Shown: positions 1 through 11,890 of the stretch, piece after piece
How the letters are laid out: every line of letters begins with the position of its first letter
Position numbering within the stretch: the stretch's first letter is position 1
Assembly: GCA_977018835.1 (NCBI GenBank)
Contig: OZ361257.1
Location: 1,240,001 to 1,304,000 of the forward strand
Source of the DNA: Minutocellus sp. GHC0000111
Taxonomy: Eukaryota
DNA length: 64,000 nucleotides
Direction of reading: 5' to 3'
The notes under the pieces: model-generated
Database searches by the model: none
Told to the model about the DNA's origin: nothing
The model's input: only the letters and a program-made list of their open reading frames with translations
Position numbers and translations under genes: made by a program

Positions 1-70
1 TGTACGGCACAGTACGTCGTAAGCGGCCGTCCGGGTAAAACACGCATAACAAAAATAACAAACAAGGACA

Positions 71-1780
71 TCAAACATTGATATCAACTCCCTCGATCTC
101 TTCATAATCCTTCCGTTTATCCCAAATGAGAAGGCCTCCGTAGATAATGAGTCCCAATCCAACAATGACTCCAAGAGCGATCAGTTTGGCCTTGTCTCCG
201 TCGCCTTTGTGATATTCCACCTCGATATCTGACATGGTATCGGGCATTGCGCCACAACGGAACTTCCAGGTGCAGTGGTTACTCAAGCAATCCGTATGCT
301 CATCACATCTGGCGCCTTCACCGAGCCGAGCGCGACAAGTTGGGGCTGCAAGTGCGAAACTGGGTTCACATCGGCCCGAGTCACATTGCTCGTCGTCTGT
401 ACACACACATTCATTATCCATCCAACCCTTCGAGTTGGTACAACGGAAAAGCAAGCACTTTCCCGAATTGCAGTCCGAATCTTCATCGCAAGCCATGCTG
501 GGAATTTATATATATATATATTCATTGGTAAAAGAGACAAATAGAAGTAAGAAACAGAACCCGATTAACACTTCTAAATGTCAGCTGCAAACACCACCAA
601 CCAAGCCAGGAAAGAATCACGCAACTTACCAACTGCCAAGTTTGGGAAGGCAATTTCCAGAGTCACATCTTCCAGAATCACAATCCTTGTCCTTTTCACA
701 ATCGTCGGCATAACAGGTGCTATAACTAAAGTGTGTCTCCTTCTTGCACTGCTGAGTTTCACATTCTACATCCTTCGTGCACATCACCGGCGACATGAAT
801 CCGTTGGACCGGACGGGGAAGGTATTGTTGGCGTTTTTGATTAGAAACTCGATGCGATCACGATATCCCGGGTATTTCTTGGTACCCAGCATGGAATGTG
901 CCTCGAAGCCGTCCACATTGAGTGGGGTGAACATCTCATTCGAATCTAGTCCGATGAACGCCGTTCCGGTAACATCGCCACCCAGCATGATGAAGTGACC
1001 AAATTGTTCAGTGCCCATCCCCGGTGCAAAGGGAACGGGCTGTAGATGATAGATAGGCACACAGAGAGACATGGCGATAGAAATAAATGAGCATAGTGTT
1101 TTTGACCAAACAGTTGCCCAGGGTTTACCGCATCTTTTGTCATCAAAAAGTACTCACGTCATAGGTAACCCCGACGGTACCGATGGTCGTGTCCTTGGTA
1201 TTGACGAAGCGACACCAACGCGTGGACGTCACAGGCTGGCAGGGATAGTCAATGGTCGGTGGCTCACCGAAGGTCATCACGTATGGATTCAGATGTGCCA
1301 TCCGCACGGCCGCCAGGGCGGCCACCGCACCGCCCTGACTATGACCCGCGAGGACCACGCACTCGTTCGGGTTGGAACATTTCTTGGCACATTCGTTGAG
1401 GGACCTTTCGATCTCCTCGTAGTAGGATGCATGGTAGGCATCGTAAAATCCCTGCCGGGTGTTGCAGCAGACGGAGGAATCCATGGAGGTGCACACCGGT
1501 TCCGACCGGGGGTCAAAGTTCTGGTTCCAATCCACAAAGGTGAGGGTCGTGCCGCGGAAGACGCGCCGTAGCAATACCCATCCTTCTCGGCGAACAGTGC
1601 CTGATCGGGTTCGTCGATGTAGTTCGTCAACGTGCTGCAATCGGTGCAGTTGGGCTCTGGATTGTAAACCTCTGCGGATAGTTCGGCGGACGTTTTGGCC
1701 AAAGCCATGATCTTTTGACTGAGCACCACCTACCTCTCGGCATTGATTGACGACGACGACCGTGGTGGTGGTGTGGTGCC
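71..1780 (-). CDS. Class 3 lipase with Cys-rich repeats, one C-terminal TM helix and a short cytosolic tail (introns 1040-1157 and 498-629; frameshift ~1563; 5' end uncertain)
   Basis: FRGT and GHSQGG motifs; splicing rebuilds YD|PVP; AHSM candidate catalytic His; several C-x2-D-x2-C-x-S-x2-C repeats; hydrophobic LIALGVIVGLGLIIYGGLLIW; GT-AG boundaries keep frame. Confidence 0.85.
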
Positions 1781-1847
1781 GCCGTGGCAGGCCTGTGCTA
1801 ATAGTGCGAGAAGGCCACGCATGGTTGCAAGGTACTCGTTGTCCTCC

Positions 1848-1953
1848 CAAACTTCCACTCTTTGACTTCAAGAATGTGTTCGTCGTCGTCTAAACTTCCA
1901 CTCTTTGACTTCGAGAAATGTGTTCGTCCCAAACTCACTCTTTGACTTCGAGA
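1848..1953 (+). repeat. Three imperfect tandem copies of a ~40 bp unit (AAACTTCCACTCTTTGACTTCRAGAA(A)TGTGTTCGTC)
   Basis: Copies start near 1849, 1892 and 1931; the third is partial. Confidence 0.85.
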
Positions 1954-4920
1954 GCATGCATCCTCCGCGTCCTCATGCTCGATCAGCTCATCGGGGTGGA
2001 ATCCGTCCTGCCCCAACCCGGCGAGGCGGCCGGGTCCAACACCTCCGTCGTCCTCGTCTTCCGGACCGGCGACCGCGTGGAGATCGAATGCGGATCCGGC
2101 CCGCCCCCGATGGCTGGGCCCGATGCCGCGCCCGGGGCCGAGGGGGCCGGCGGTCCCGGCATGCGCCGGGAGAAATTCCTGTGGAACCTCCTTCAGATCC
2201 ATGCCATCCTTTGCACGGCCGTCGTGGAGCGGTACGGCGCCGCCATGGTCCGCGGTGGCAGCCGGGCGCGGGCGGCGGCCTCGTCCCTGCCCCCGCTCAA
2301 AACGCGCAACGTCAACCGCGCCGAGTTGCAGTATGCCTCGACGGCCAATGGCTTCCTGGCGTCGAGTCCTGCCCTCGTGGCGCTGCTGGAACGTCAGCGC
2401 AATCGAGGTCGCGAAGGCCGCGGAGGCGACGAGGAGAAGACCGGAGATGACGGCGGTGGTGCCGACGACAAGGGCACCGGCGAGGAAATGGACGGCCTGG
2501 CCTACGACATGCTGATGGGCAACTACAACACGCGCATGGCGCTGTTCGTCAGCGAAGAGGAGAAGCTCGATGCCGAGGAGGTCCTCAACTCCACCCAGTG
2601 GTATCAGCATGGAGAGGAGAAGTCTGGTGAGGGAGGCGATGCTTCTCGACACCACGATGCGGCCGCGTCGGCCGAGGCATTGGCGCAGATTCTGCAGAAG
2701 AAGATGCGCGATCTCGAAGCGGAAACATGTCGCCGTCTCATTGCGTGGGAAGATGAGAAGCACTATTCCATTACTGGAAACGTCCCCGACCATGCCCAGC
2801 GTGATACCGTCGATGCTCTGAGTCTAGCCGCACTCTTCAATACCCTTGACTTGCTCGACGTCGAACTAATCAAGCCTCTGACTGATGATTGCGCCGGCAT
2901 CGAGGAGGAAAACCGACAGCTCGAACAACAATGGAAGTCGTACGACGCCCTCGGCCAGGAGCTCCGAAGGCTGCTTGCCGGTCTTGATGTGCCACCTGCC
3001 ATGCGCAAGACACTGAGTAACCCCACTGGCGTCCTTCAGTACGACTCTGCTGGCAACGTCGACCCAAAGAATTCCGACAAGGGCATTGATGAGATCTACC
3101 AGGCCGGCCGATTCCTCAAGGACGCCATCGATCGAGTAGAGAAGGAGGGCGGTGTGCATCTCCGATCTGTGAGTGAACGAGTCGAGAAGCTTGCCAGCGT
3201 TGCCAATCACTTTTGCACATCGTTGGCGCAAATTGTCGTGACGGTGATGGAACAGCTATCATCAGATGTTGTCGCATCGACAGACTTTACCAAAAGCTCC
3301 AAGGGCGAAACGCACACCACAGTTGCCAAGAGAATCCGAGATGCCCAGAGGAAATTCCAGTCATCGCTTCTTGGCTACATCAAGCTCATCGAGGTTTTGG
3401 CACTGCTTAAACCGAGCATTTTGCCTGCCATCCGTGATGCCTATTCCGAGCTTGTCGCAGAAGGTATTCTCAGCAAGAAACGGATGAAGGTCTACTTTGC
3501 ATCTCTGCCACAACGCAGTAGCGTCAGTGGATCGAATGTGACCAAGGATGTCAAGGAATACAGCGCCGTTACCCTTCGTGGCAACAAGGAGGATACCAGC
3601 TCAATGCCCGTCAACTCCCAAGACATCCAAAAGGCTCTGAGCGAAATATTACCTGTGATTGCCAGCGAGGCTTACTTTACCGCGGCTCTCTTCGGACTGA
3701 GCTCCCGTCACATGGATGGCAGAGAAAAGAAACGCAATTTTGAATCTGCCAAGCGAAGTGTCGACCATTCTAGCCAGTACTTTCGCTATTACATGTCCCG
3801 TATCTGCGGTATCGCCTCCGAGGTTGATGCCGAGGGCAAAAAGGTCAGCGCCGACCCAATGCTTTCTCTCGTGTCCTCCATTCATCTCAATGAAGCGATG
3901 GATAGTTACATCGACCGACAAAAGAAGGGTGGTGACCATTCCCTTTCCTTAGCGTACGTTCGCGCCACTATCTTGGACATGAGAAAGAAGGTCGACAAGC
4001 AGTGGGTCACTTGGGTCGAGGAGGAAATCAAGTGGATCAAGACCAGCTCTGGAGTGCCACTCAACGGCAAGAGAGCCGGTGTCTTTGCCAGCTTTGCTCG
4101 TTTCCCGGCATACTTGGACCATGTCATGGTTTGCTGCAAGGCCGACCGACCCAAGGACTACTCGCCGAATCTGCACAAGATTAAGGTCGTATCATACTAC
4201 CTCCAGAAAATGGCGGGATCGTTATTCGCCAGTCTGCACGAGTGCGCCGAGCGTGAAACTACCGACCAACAGTATGCTGCGAATGTAATGCGAATGGAGA
4301 ACTCCTACTTCTTTACTCAAAGCATCAAACAACGAGGCAGTGAAATGACTACCCTCTTTCAGAAGCAAATCACCGCGGCAAGTGCCATCTGCAAGCAGAG
4401 TACAGACGCCTACCTCGGTTGGATGATCAAGCGAGAATTCAAGTCCTTGCATAGCCTCTTTTCCAATATTTCTCGTATCCGACGAGATGTTGGCGATGCC
4501 GACGTTCCTATTCACGTCCCTCGAGCAACGTTTGTTCGAACACTATCGAAGGAGTCCAGTCGAGAAGTAATGAAAGAAAAGATTAGTGTGATATATGCCC
4601 GAATGGAGAAGCATTTATCAGAGCAGGGTGGATTGTTACCGGTTGCCTGGAAGGCGTTGGTCAAGGTTTTGTATGAGTGGTTCGGACGGTGGGAGAAGCT
4701 TAGTACACAGTGCTACAAGTTTATCTTAGAGCCAAGCGCAGTGGATGTCGTCCGGATTGCCAAGGCGGCAGGCGGCGGAAGTCGCACCAAGACGCTGGCT
4801 TCAGAGTCGAAGACATAGACTTCAGCCGGTGCCAGCGGTGCGCCGGGAGAATCATCAACATCTCGGAGGAGCCGAAGCAACACAGCCGACCGCGGATCAT
4901 CTGGTTTGGCATACGCTTAA
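1918..4920 (+). CDS. SEC3: Exocyst complex component Sec3/EXOC1 (N-terminus probably incomplete; ORF stops at TAG 4816-4818, with coding-like sequence continuing to TAA 4920)
   Basis: 966 aa helical ORF; end of an N-terminal PH-like segment (EKFLWNLLQI), coiled coil IEEENRQLEQQWKSYDALGQELRRLL and VMRMENSYFF resemble Sec3. Confidence 0.75.
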
Positions 4921-5002
4921 TTGCAATTTCGTTCGATTCAATTTATAATTGCACTTGTAAACATAAAATATATTTACGAACACATGTATTTAATTTCTAT
5001 TT

Positions 5003-7610
5003 CTAGTACTCAAAGTCCTCCAAGTGAGAAGTAATGAGGTCAACAGCAGTCTTCTGGCGTGCCTGTCGTTGTTGCAGGTCGCGGCGGCGGAAAAATATCT
5101 CATCTTCCTCGGCGAAAAGGCGAAGCAAATCGTTATCGGTCTTCCTCTTTTCGCCAACAAGGCCGAGGCCATCAAGTAGCACCCGCTCACACTCGCTCTC
5201 GAAAGTACCAAGAAAGTGGTGCAACAGAAGATGTATCACATTTTCAACAAATACCTTTTGTTTGATCCTCAAAAAGCTCAGGGTGGAAACAATGACCTCC
5301 TTCACTTCATCATCACACACTCGATTGAGATCCAACATTTCCACGACATCCTGAAATTTGGACCGAGAATCAAGAAGGAAGAAGTCATTGAGGGCAAAGA
5401 AGGGAGGCTTCTCCATCTCGACAAGCTTGGATATCTGCTGGATTGACTCCTCCTCGAGCCGATTGACGTGCTTGGAAATGATGGCGTTCACTACTCTCTT
5501 CAGTTTCTTGTACCGAGGATTGACACATTGGTTGATGGCAGACTTTGGGGCATCGGCACCGAGCAAATGATAACGCAGCAGATTGTGAATAGTTTTCGAG
5601 CTATCAAATGCAGGGTCTTTCCACAATTCGACGGTCTCGCCGATGAGCTCTTGGCACACTGCAGAGGAACTGAGACGAATTCCGGGGAACTCGCGTCCGC
5701 TGGTATTTTCCAGCATCTCCTGTACTTCGGAAATGTGATACGCCCGGTCTGTAACATCCAAGGGTGTGTACGACAATATCTTGATCGACACGCCGATGAA
5801 GAAAGAAGATCCATTGTAAGGCCAACTGAACAGCTTGGGCTGACTGGGACAACCGGCCATTAGCGTCGTTTCTGTTCTCGGCAATTCGCCCGAAATGAGC
5901 GTTAGATTCTTGGTATCGAATTGCAGGACAACGCCAATGTTCTGAATGTCTGCAGGCATGTCCAGCGCAGTGAGCCTCACGGCTAAGTTTCCACTTTCTT
6001 GCCCGACCTGAAGTTGCCATTTCATGCCGCCAACACTCTGAATCGGCGATAATATCATCTCGTTGCTGCTGTGTGCCTCATCGACGATGGCTTGGAACTC
6101 ATCAGCACTAATGTGCATGGTGACGCTCTCACGAAGAAAGCCATCTGGCGTTGTATCGAGGTTCAGCAGGGAAGCAAAGATCACTTTGTCCCCGATCTGG
6201 AACATGGGTGACGTATCGTTGACTTTTGCATTGATATCCTCAAATATCTCGACCGTTCGTCTCCAGAATGACTTATCGCGAGTAGTACTTTTGATGGCCT
6301 CGGTGGAATGATTTGAGATCTTCCTTGCCAATTCAATCAATTCCATGCGTGCATCTGCTTCGCCCATTTCTTGTCCCAGGCCTTTCAATTCACTGTCAGT
6401 CTGAGCAAGAGCCATCTCCGCCTTGGTTTTGATGGCCGGAATATGTTCATCAATCATTGTTTGCAGCATAGAGGATAGCTTGTAAAGAAGTTTCGCGCTT
6501 CCACATCTCTCCGGTGCATGCTGGTAAAACACCTTGCCAACTTCGTGAAATTGGAAAAAATAATTCTCAATCGATCTGGCCTCCTCGAAAGCAGAAACGT
6601 TGGCATCGGATTCCTTGAGTTTGTTGAGCTCATCCTGTTTCGGCGTTCGCACGACATAATATCCCTGCGCGAGAGGATACTTTTCACCCTTGAGGATCGA
6701 GACGATGGCATCTTAACATCCAATGTCCACCTTGTCGGGCTTTGTCAAAACACCAATGGAGCGCTTACCCTCCGGGTCGACCCGCGCTAGCTTTCGGATG
6801 CTTTGGTTTTCCAAGTCTTCGTCACTTGCAATGCACTGCAGAATGACCGTCTCCGACGATGCCAAATATGACCGAACCAATTCCTCCACTCGTCCAATGT
6901 CACCCTCATCATCCTTGTTTTCGGTCGATTGGATGAGGCCCGGTAGATCTACCAGCGACAAATCCGGGCAGCCATCGCCCGCAATGTTTACACAGACAAC
7001 GTTGGCGGTAAAGTTGGTACCGTTCGTAACTCGTTCGAGCAACGTCTTTTTGAGCCTGTTCAATCTGCTCTGGCATATCCTTGGGTTCTTGCAGCACGCA
7101 GCATTCCTCAATGACGGGCGGGGAGTACTGTCCACCGGACTCATCATCGACGGTAATGCGAAGCGATATGCGACACATCCATGGTTGGCCGGGTGTATTC
7201 TTGGTCGTTACCTCAATAGGGCATCGAGTGCAAGTTCCGTAATGCCGCGGCAGCTGAACCGAAGTCAGTGCCTTGACGATGGAAGACTTGCCCGCCGACT
7301 GCTTGCCCGCAAAGACCAGCCGTGGCAATTCGAGATCGTACTCGGCACCGGCCTCCTTCAGCTTGGTCACGAGACTGATGGCACGCGAGGCATCATTTCC
7401 GAGCTTGCGGTAGGTTTCCACCGGAAAATAATTGGTTGTTGACGAGGCGGCGATGGTTGCAGCTGCTGAATTAATTCCATTCTCTGCATTCGTGTCCCTC
7501 GAGCTGCTGTCATCGCCACCATCTCCACTGCCACCAGTGAGAAAGTTCATTTCTGACTTATTGGACTTGGGCGAAGACCTGTCCTTCTTTGATGAGAGAA
7601 GGAACACCAT
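5003..7610 (-). CDS. Mx-like dynamin-related GTPase, disrupted as sequenced (frameshift in A-run ~7049; in-frame TAA 6713-6715)
   Basis: G1 GKQSAGKSS, LPRHYGTCTRCP, G3 LVDLPGLI, G4 LTKPD, stalk motif SGREFPG, GED-like C-terminus. Three ORF pieces join after one indel and one stop are repaired. Confidence 0.9.
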
Positions 7611-8030
7611 AATGAGAGACAAGTACCAGTGGGAAATTAAAGATGGTGGTGAGCACAAAGATGAAAAAGCTGCAGAGAGCACATCCATGCGAGAGCCGCA
7701 ACAGCCAGCCAACCAAAATATGAATCCCATCACTCACCTCCAAGGGGGGGGGGAGCAGATACAATGCGTGAGCGTCTCCGCTCAGGCAAACCTCTTGGCT
7801 TTTGTTTTGAATGCTCGGCTCCGCACTCTTTCACTCTTGGGTTCTTGCTTGGGCACTTGCGCCGCGTTGGCGGTCTGGGTCCCGGCAACTGCGCAGACAT
7901 GACTAAATTTTGACTCTCAGGCCACTGTACTCCTCATAATCCGGTCTCTTGTACTTTTCATTGGCCCGCGCCACCCGACCCGCCGCCCGCGCCACCGCAC
8001 CATTCATTCTTTCGAAGGCACCACCCAACC

Positions 8031-9422
8031 ATGCCGTTCCCTCGCATCGCTGCCACGCTAGCCGCTAGGTCGGTCACGGTGACGGAAATTCCTTGCTACC
8101 GGGGCCTCGCTTCGACCTCTACTCCATCACGCCCATTTTCGAGCACATCTGGTGCCGTAACGATCGGCACGAAGCGCAGTCGCCGGTGTCCGACTTTGGC
8201 GCCACGATCGCATTCGCATGCGACCCTGCCGAGGACGCCGGCGGTGGCGTCGTCATCCTCTTTCTCCTCCTCTGCAGCCTATGATACGTACGAAGATGAC
8301 CAGGAAAGCACTAGCATTTCGAGTGCTCATAATTATAGCCACAGCCACAACCACCATCATCACCATCAACAACACGACGACAGCCGATCCGGCTACCAAC
8401 ATTGCGACACACCGCAAAGTCGTCAGACGCAGCACCAATGCGAGATACCCCCCTCGACGCTAACCGAGGAACTCCCGCCGCCCCTCCCCGAACCCAAGTA
8501 TTCCTTCCACAAACGCCTCATGCCGTCCAACCTAACCGCACTGTCGTCTCGTGCCGGACGACGACGTTTCCTGGAAGCCCTGAGCAGCGACAATGCCGAG
8601 GCCTACCTGCCGCTGGCGGAACAGTTCTTGAACCAGTCCGACCCGGCGTACTGCGGCATAACGACGCTGGCCATGATCCTCAATGCCTGTGCGGTCGATC
8701 CCAACGTCCGATGGCGCGGGGGGTGGAGATGGTACGGTTCCGACGACGTCGTCCTCGATCGATGCTGTCTGGGCAGTGAACATGGACGGGAACGGGTGCG
8801 GAGGGCGGGCATCACCCTGGAGGAATTTGCTGGGCTGGGACTGTGTCAGGGCATGCGGATTGATATGAAACGACCGCATTTGGACAAGGTCGATGATAAT
8901 GCAACAACTTCCTATGGTACCTTGGACGACTTCCGAAGCGACATACAACGGATGGTGCAACTGCCACCGATTTCAGACGAGGACATTGATGGGAGTACAG
9001 TCGGGGATCCAAATGATGAGGAAAGTAGAGGGTTTCTCGTGGTGTCGTTCTCGCGAGCCCATTTGAATTAGACCGGGGCTGGGCATTTCTCACCGGTAGC
9101 GGCATACCATCCCGCAACGGATTCTTGTCTCGTGTTGGACGTGGCCAGGTTCAAGTACGCACCGTATTGGGTATCGGTCGAGGAATTGTACGAGGCCACC
9201 AAGCCACTGGATGAAACCACTGGCAAGAGTAGGGGGTGGTTCGTCATGAGACCACCAAGGGTGCAGCTTGATGCCGTGAATGGATACCAGGGCATCAACA
9301 AGCGAGATGAGGGCATGCGACCGGCGGATACCGTTCCGTTGGTAGGTTGTGACGAGAAAGCTTGCGTCCATAGTACGACCTCCTCTTCCCACAAGGAAAC
9401 CTGTCCCGTCGCTATTCGCTAA
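8031..9422 (+). CDS. PCS: Phytochelatin synthase with long N-terminal extension; in-frame TAG at 9069-9071
   Basis: QSDPAYCG (catalytic Cys), RWRGGWRWY, (Q)TGAGHFSP (His), LDVARFKY (Asp); both ORF pieces are in the same frame. Confidence 0.92.
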
Positions 9423-9479
9423 AACGGTCGATAAAAGTCAGTATCATAGACTACGATTTAGACTTCCAATTTTAATTGA

Positions 9480-11480
9480 TTAGCCTTTCCCCTCTTGTGC
9501 CTCGTTTGACTTTTGACCGGGCTTGCCTCGGCCCCGATTCCTTCGCCTACTGCTTCTCTTTTTGCCATCAGCTTGATCCTCTTTCGGAGCCTGGCCCTTG
9601 GGCGACTCCGGCTTCTTATCAGTCCCGCCTTTCGCATCTTTGTCGGTAGTAGACCTCTGGTCATTGCCGTTATTTGGTGTAGCCTCGCCATTACTTTTCT
9701 TGGGCCTTCGTCTCTTTTTCTTTGCACTGCCATCGGCGGCAGGAGTTTCGGGGGCGTCCTTTGCATGTTCAGAGCCTAATTTGGATGGCTTCGTTGGAGT
9801 ATTTGTTTCACTAGCAGCGGTATCTTGTACCTTTCCATGCTTGCTGGTGGAATCGGGCGTCGCATCGCTCGGCCTAGAGGTATCGCCCTTGCTCTTGCCC
9901 TTACCTCTCCTCCTCCTCGCACTCTTGGGAGTTGGGCCGTGTGCTTTTTTCGTCTTTTCAACTTCCTCGATACCCTGTACAATTTTGACCTCCGAACCAT
10001 CAATCACATCTTCAGTTTCTTCCTTCCGTTTGGGCGTTGACTGCTTCTTTGGAGTCTTGTTTTTCTTATTCTTTGGAGTTGAGGTAGGAGCTTCTTTCGG
10101 CCTTTCAACTTCCGCGATATCCTTCGCCACCTCCACTGCTGTGGAATCCAAATGAGCAATGTCATCCTTCGTCTCTTCCTCCTTTTTGGGCGTTGTCTGC
10201 TTCTTTGGTGTTCTCTTCTTCTTGCTCTTACCAGTAGCTGGTGACCTGCCACCACCCGGCGTCCGTGGCGGTGTTCGTGGTGGTGGACCATCCTGCCTCG
10301 TCTTCTGCCACGCCGGCATGGAATTCCGATCGTCTTGATCCACCCTACCCCCTCGATCGTACGTGCCGATATCAGCCTTCATGATTTGAGTTTGCGTTAC
10401 GGGAGCAAATCGAGTGGACGAAAGAAGAAACTGCTGCACCAGTCCATCGCCACTATCCACAGTCGTGTTGTTGGTATCATCGCATGCGGATAGTTCCATT
10501 TTGGCCAGGCTCGATGCAATCTCTCGAATTTCCATCTCGATCGGGTCCATTGCGGCCTCTTTTTCAGCCTCTTCTTCCACGCCGTCTCCTTGTGTACGTG
10601 TATCCTCACTCTTGACTCTATTTTGATCCGGACCACTCTTGACATGTCGTCGTGACCGGGCCATGGCAATCGCAGTCGCATCAAACGTTTGCATCATCAT
10701 CTTCTTTCGCAGGGAATAATCCGCCCGCAGGGCACGGTTGCATTCCACAATCTTGTCGATTTGGTCCGATGGGACGTGGGTGCTTTGCTGGAGTGCCGAT
10801 TTCATTTGATCATCGGACAGTTCTGTACCTGGCGGGGATATTTCTATGAGGTTTTGCAACAGATTGGCGTTGGGCTTTGCAGCTGGGGGCTTGGCTGGCA
10901 ATGTGTTGGTGATTGTTGGGTGTGATGGTGATGATGGTTCCAATTTCGATCCCGAATCTGGTTTTGAGATTCGTCGGCACTCCGCCTCGGTGGCCAAGAA
11001 CAATATCAGTTCCAATTTGCGATGCGCCTTGACGGCATTATCTTCCTTGTCGTTGTCTTCGCCCTCCTGCTCAATATTCGCCCCACTTGTACCAGTCCCC
11101 GTATACTCGTTGCACGTGGGACAACCCATCTGTCGACATACCGCCTCGATGTCCCCCCAAGTCATGATGCCACCCCTTCCCACGACGGCATGGTTCCGAA
11201 GCATCGACTGCATCTCCTTCGCCGTGAGGGCCATCCCGAGCAACCTGCGCGCCACGGTGAGGGACATGCCCCCCCGGTCCTGCTGGTAGGCCCTCCATAC
11301 CGATTTGTGGTAGGCTTCCTCTTTCTCTTGCTCCTCTGTCGTACACGTGCCCTGACTAGCCGTGGAGATGCCGCCGCCGACCACCAGCTGCTTTATGCCG
11401 AGATCGTCGAGGGCATCGGCCACGGCGGTGACGAGGGACGATGCATGTACTGCGCCGTTCTCGTCGGTGTCGTTGGTCAT
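9480..11480 (-). CDS. FAM98-like protein with Lys/Arg/Pro-rich disordered tail
   Basis: LILFLATE, DYSLRKKMMMQTFDAT, DRGGR and MPAWQK match FAM98 motifs recalled as EY-RR-ML--RLD-T, PDRGGRP, MP-WQKR. Confidence 0.65.
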   Translation of the reverse strand: MTNDTDENGAVHASSLVTAVADALDDLGIKQLVVGGGISTASQGTCTTEEQEKEEAYHKSVWRAYQQDRGGMSLTVARRLLGMALTAKEMQSMLRNHAVVGRGGIMTWGDIEAVCRQMGCPTCNEYTGTGTSGANIEQEGEDNDKEDNAVKAHRKLELILFLATEAECRRISKPDSGSKLEPSSPSHPTITNTLPAKPPAAKPNANLLQNLIEISPPGTELSDDQMKSALQQSTHVPSDQIDKIVECNRALRADYSLRKKMMMQTFDATAIAMARSRRHVKSGPDQNRVKSEDTRTQGDGVEEEAEKEAAMDPIEMEIREIASSLAKMELSACDDTNNTTVDSGDGLVQQFLLSSTRFAPVTQTQIMKADIGTYDRGGRVDQDDRNSMPAWQKTRQDGPPPRTPPRTPGGGRSPATGKSKKKRTPKKQTTPKKEEETKDDIAHLDSTAVEVAKDIAEVERPKEAPTSTPKNKKNKTPKKQSTPKRKEETEDVIDGSEVKIVQGIEEVEKTKKAHGPTPKSARRRRGKGKSKGDTSRPSDATPDSTSKHGKVQDTAASETNTPTKPSKLGSEHAKDAPETPAADGSAKKKRRRPKKSNGEATPNNGNDQRSTTDKDAKGGTDKKPESPKGQAPKEDQADGKKRSSRRRNRGRGKPGQKSNEAQEGKG

Positions 11481-11890
11481 GGTGGGGCGGAGCTCAGGAA
11501 AAATGAGGGCATAGCAGATACGAGTCCTTAGTATACGTACGTCTTCAAAAAATGACGTCCCGCTTGCGCCATGGAAACTGCTCGCCGACGGAAACTCGGA
11601 AACCATGCGTCCATCCATCCGTTTTTGGGCCTCGACTCGGTCGTTGACGTCGCGTCGGCCATCACATCAGTCAGGCAGGAAAACAGCCACAACAAACATG
11701 TATGTGCCAACGTAACTCCGCATGATAGAACGATAAGCATACTACTACCGATACCCAACTCAGAACGAAGAACAGGTTGGAACGTGGGGGGCAGCTCAGC
11801 TTCAGTGTTCGGCCCCTTTGCCTTTTGCCCTCGGCGTTCTTGATCGGCTTGTGCTGGGCTGATACTGAAAATACAGACATTGTAATTTGA

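Noticed and set aside
1848..1953. CRISPR-like array
   Set aside because: Units are adjacent with no unique spacers; eukaryotic context; no cas genes.
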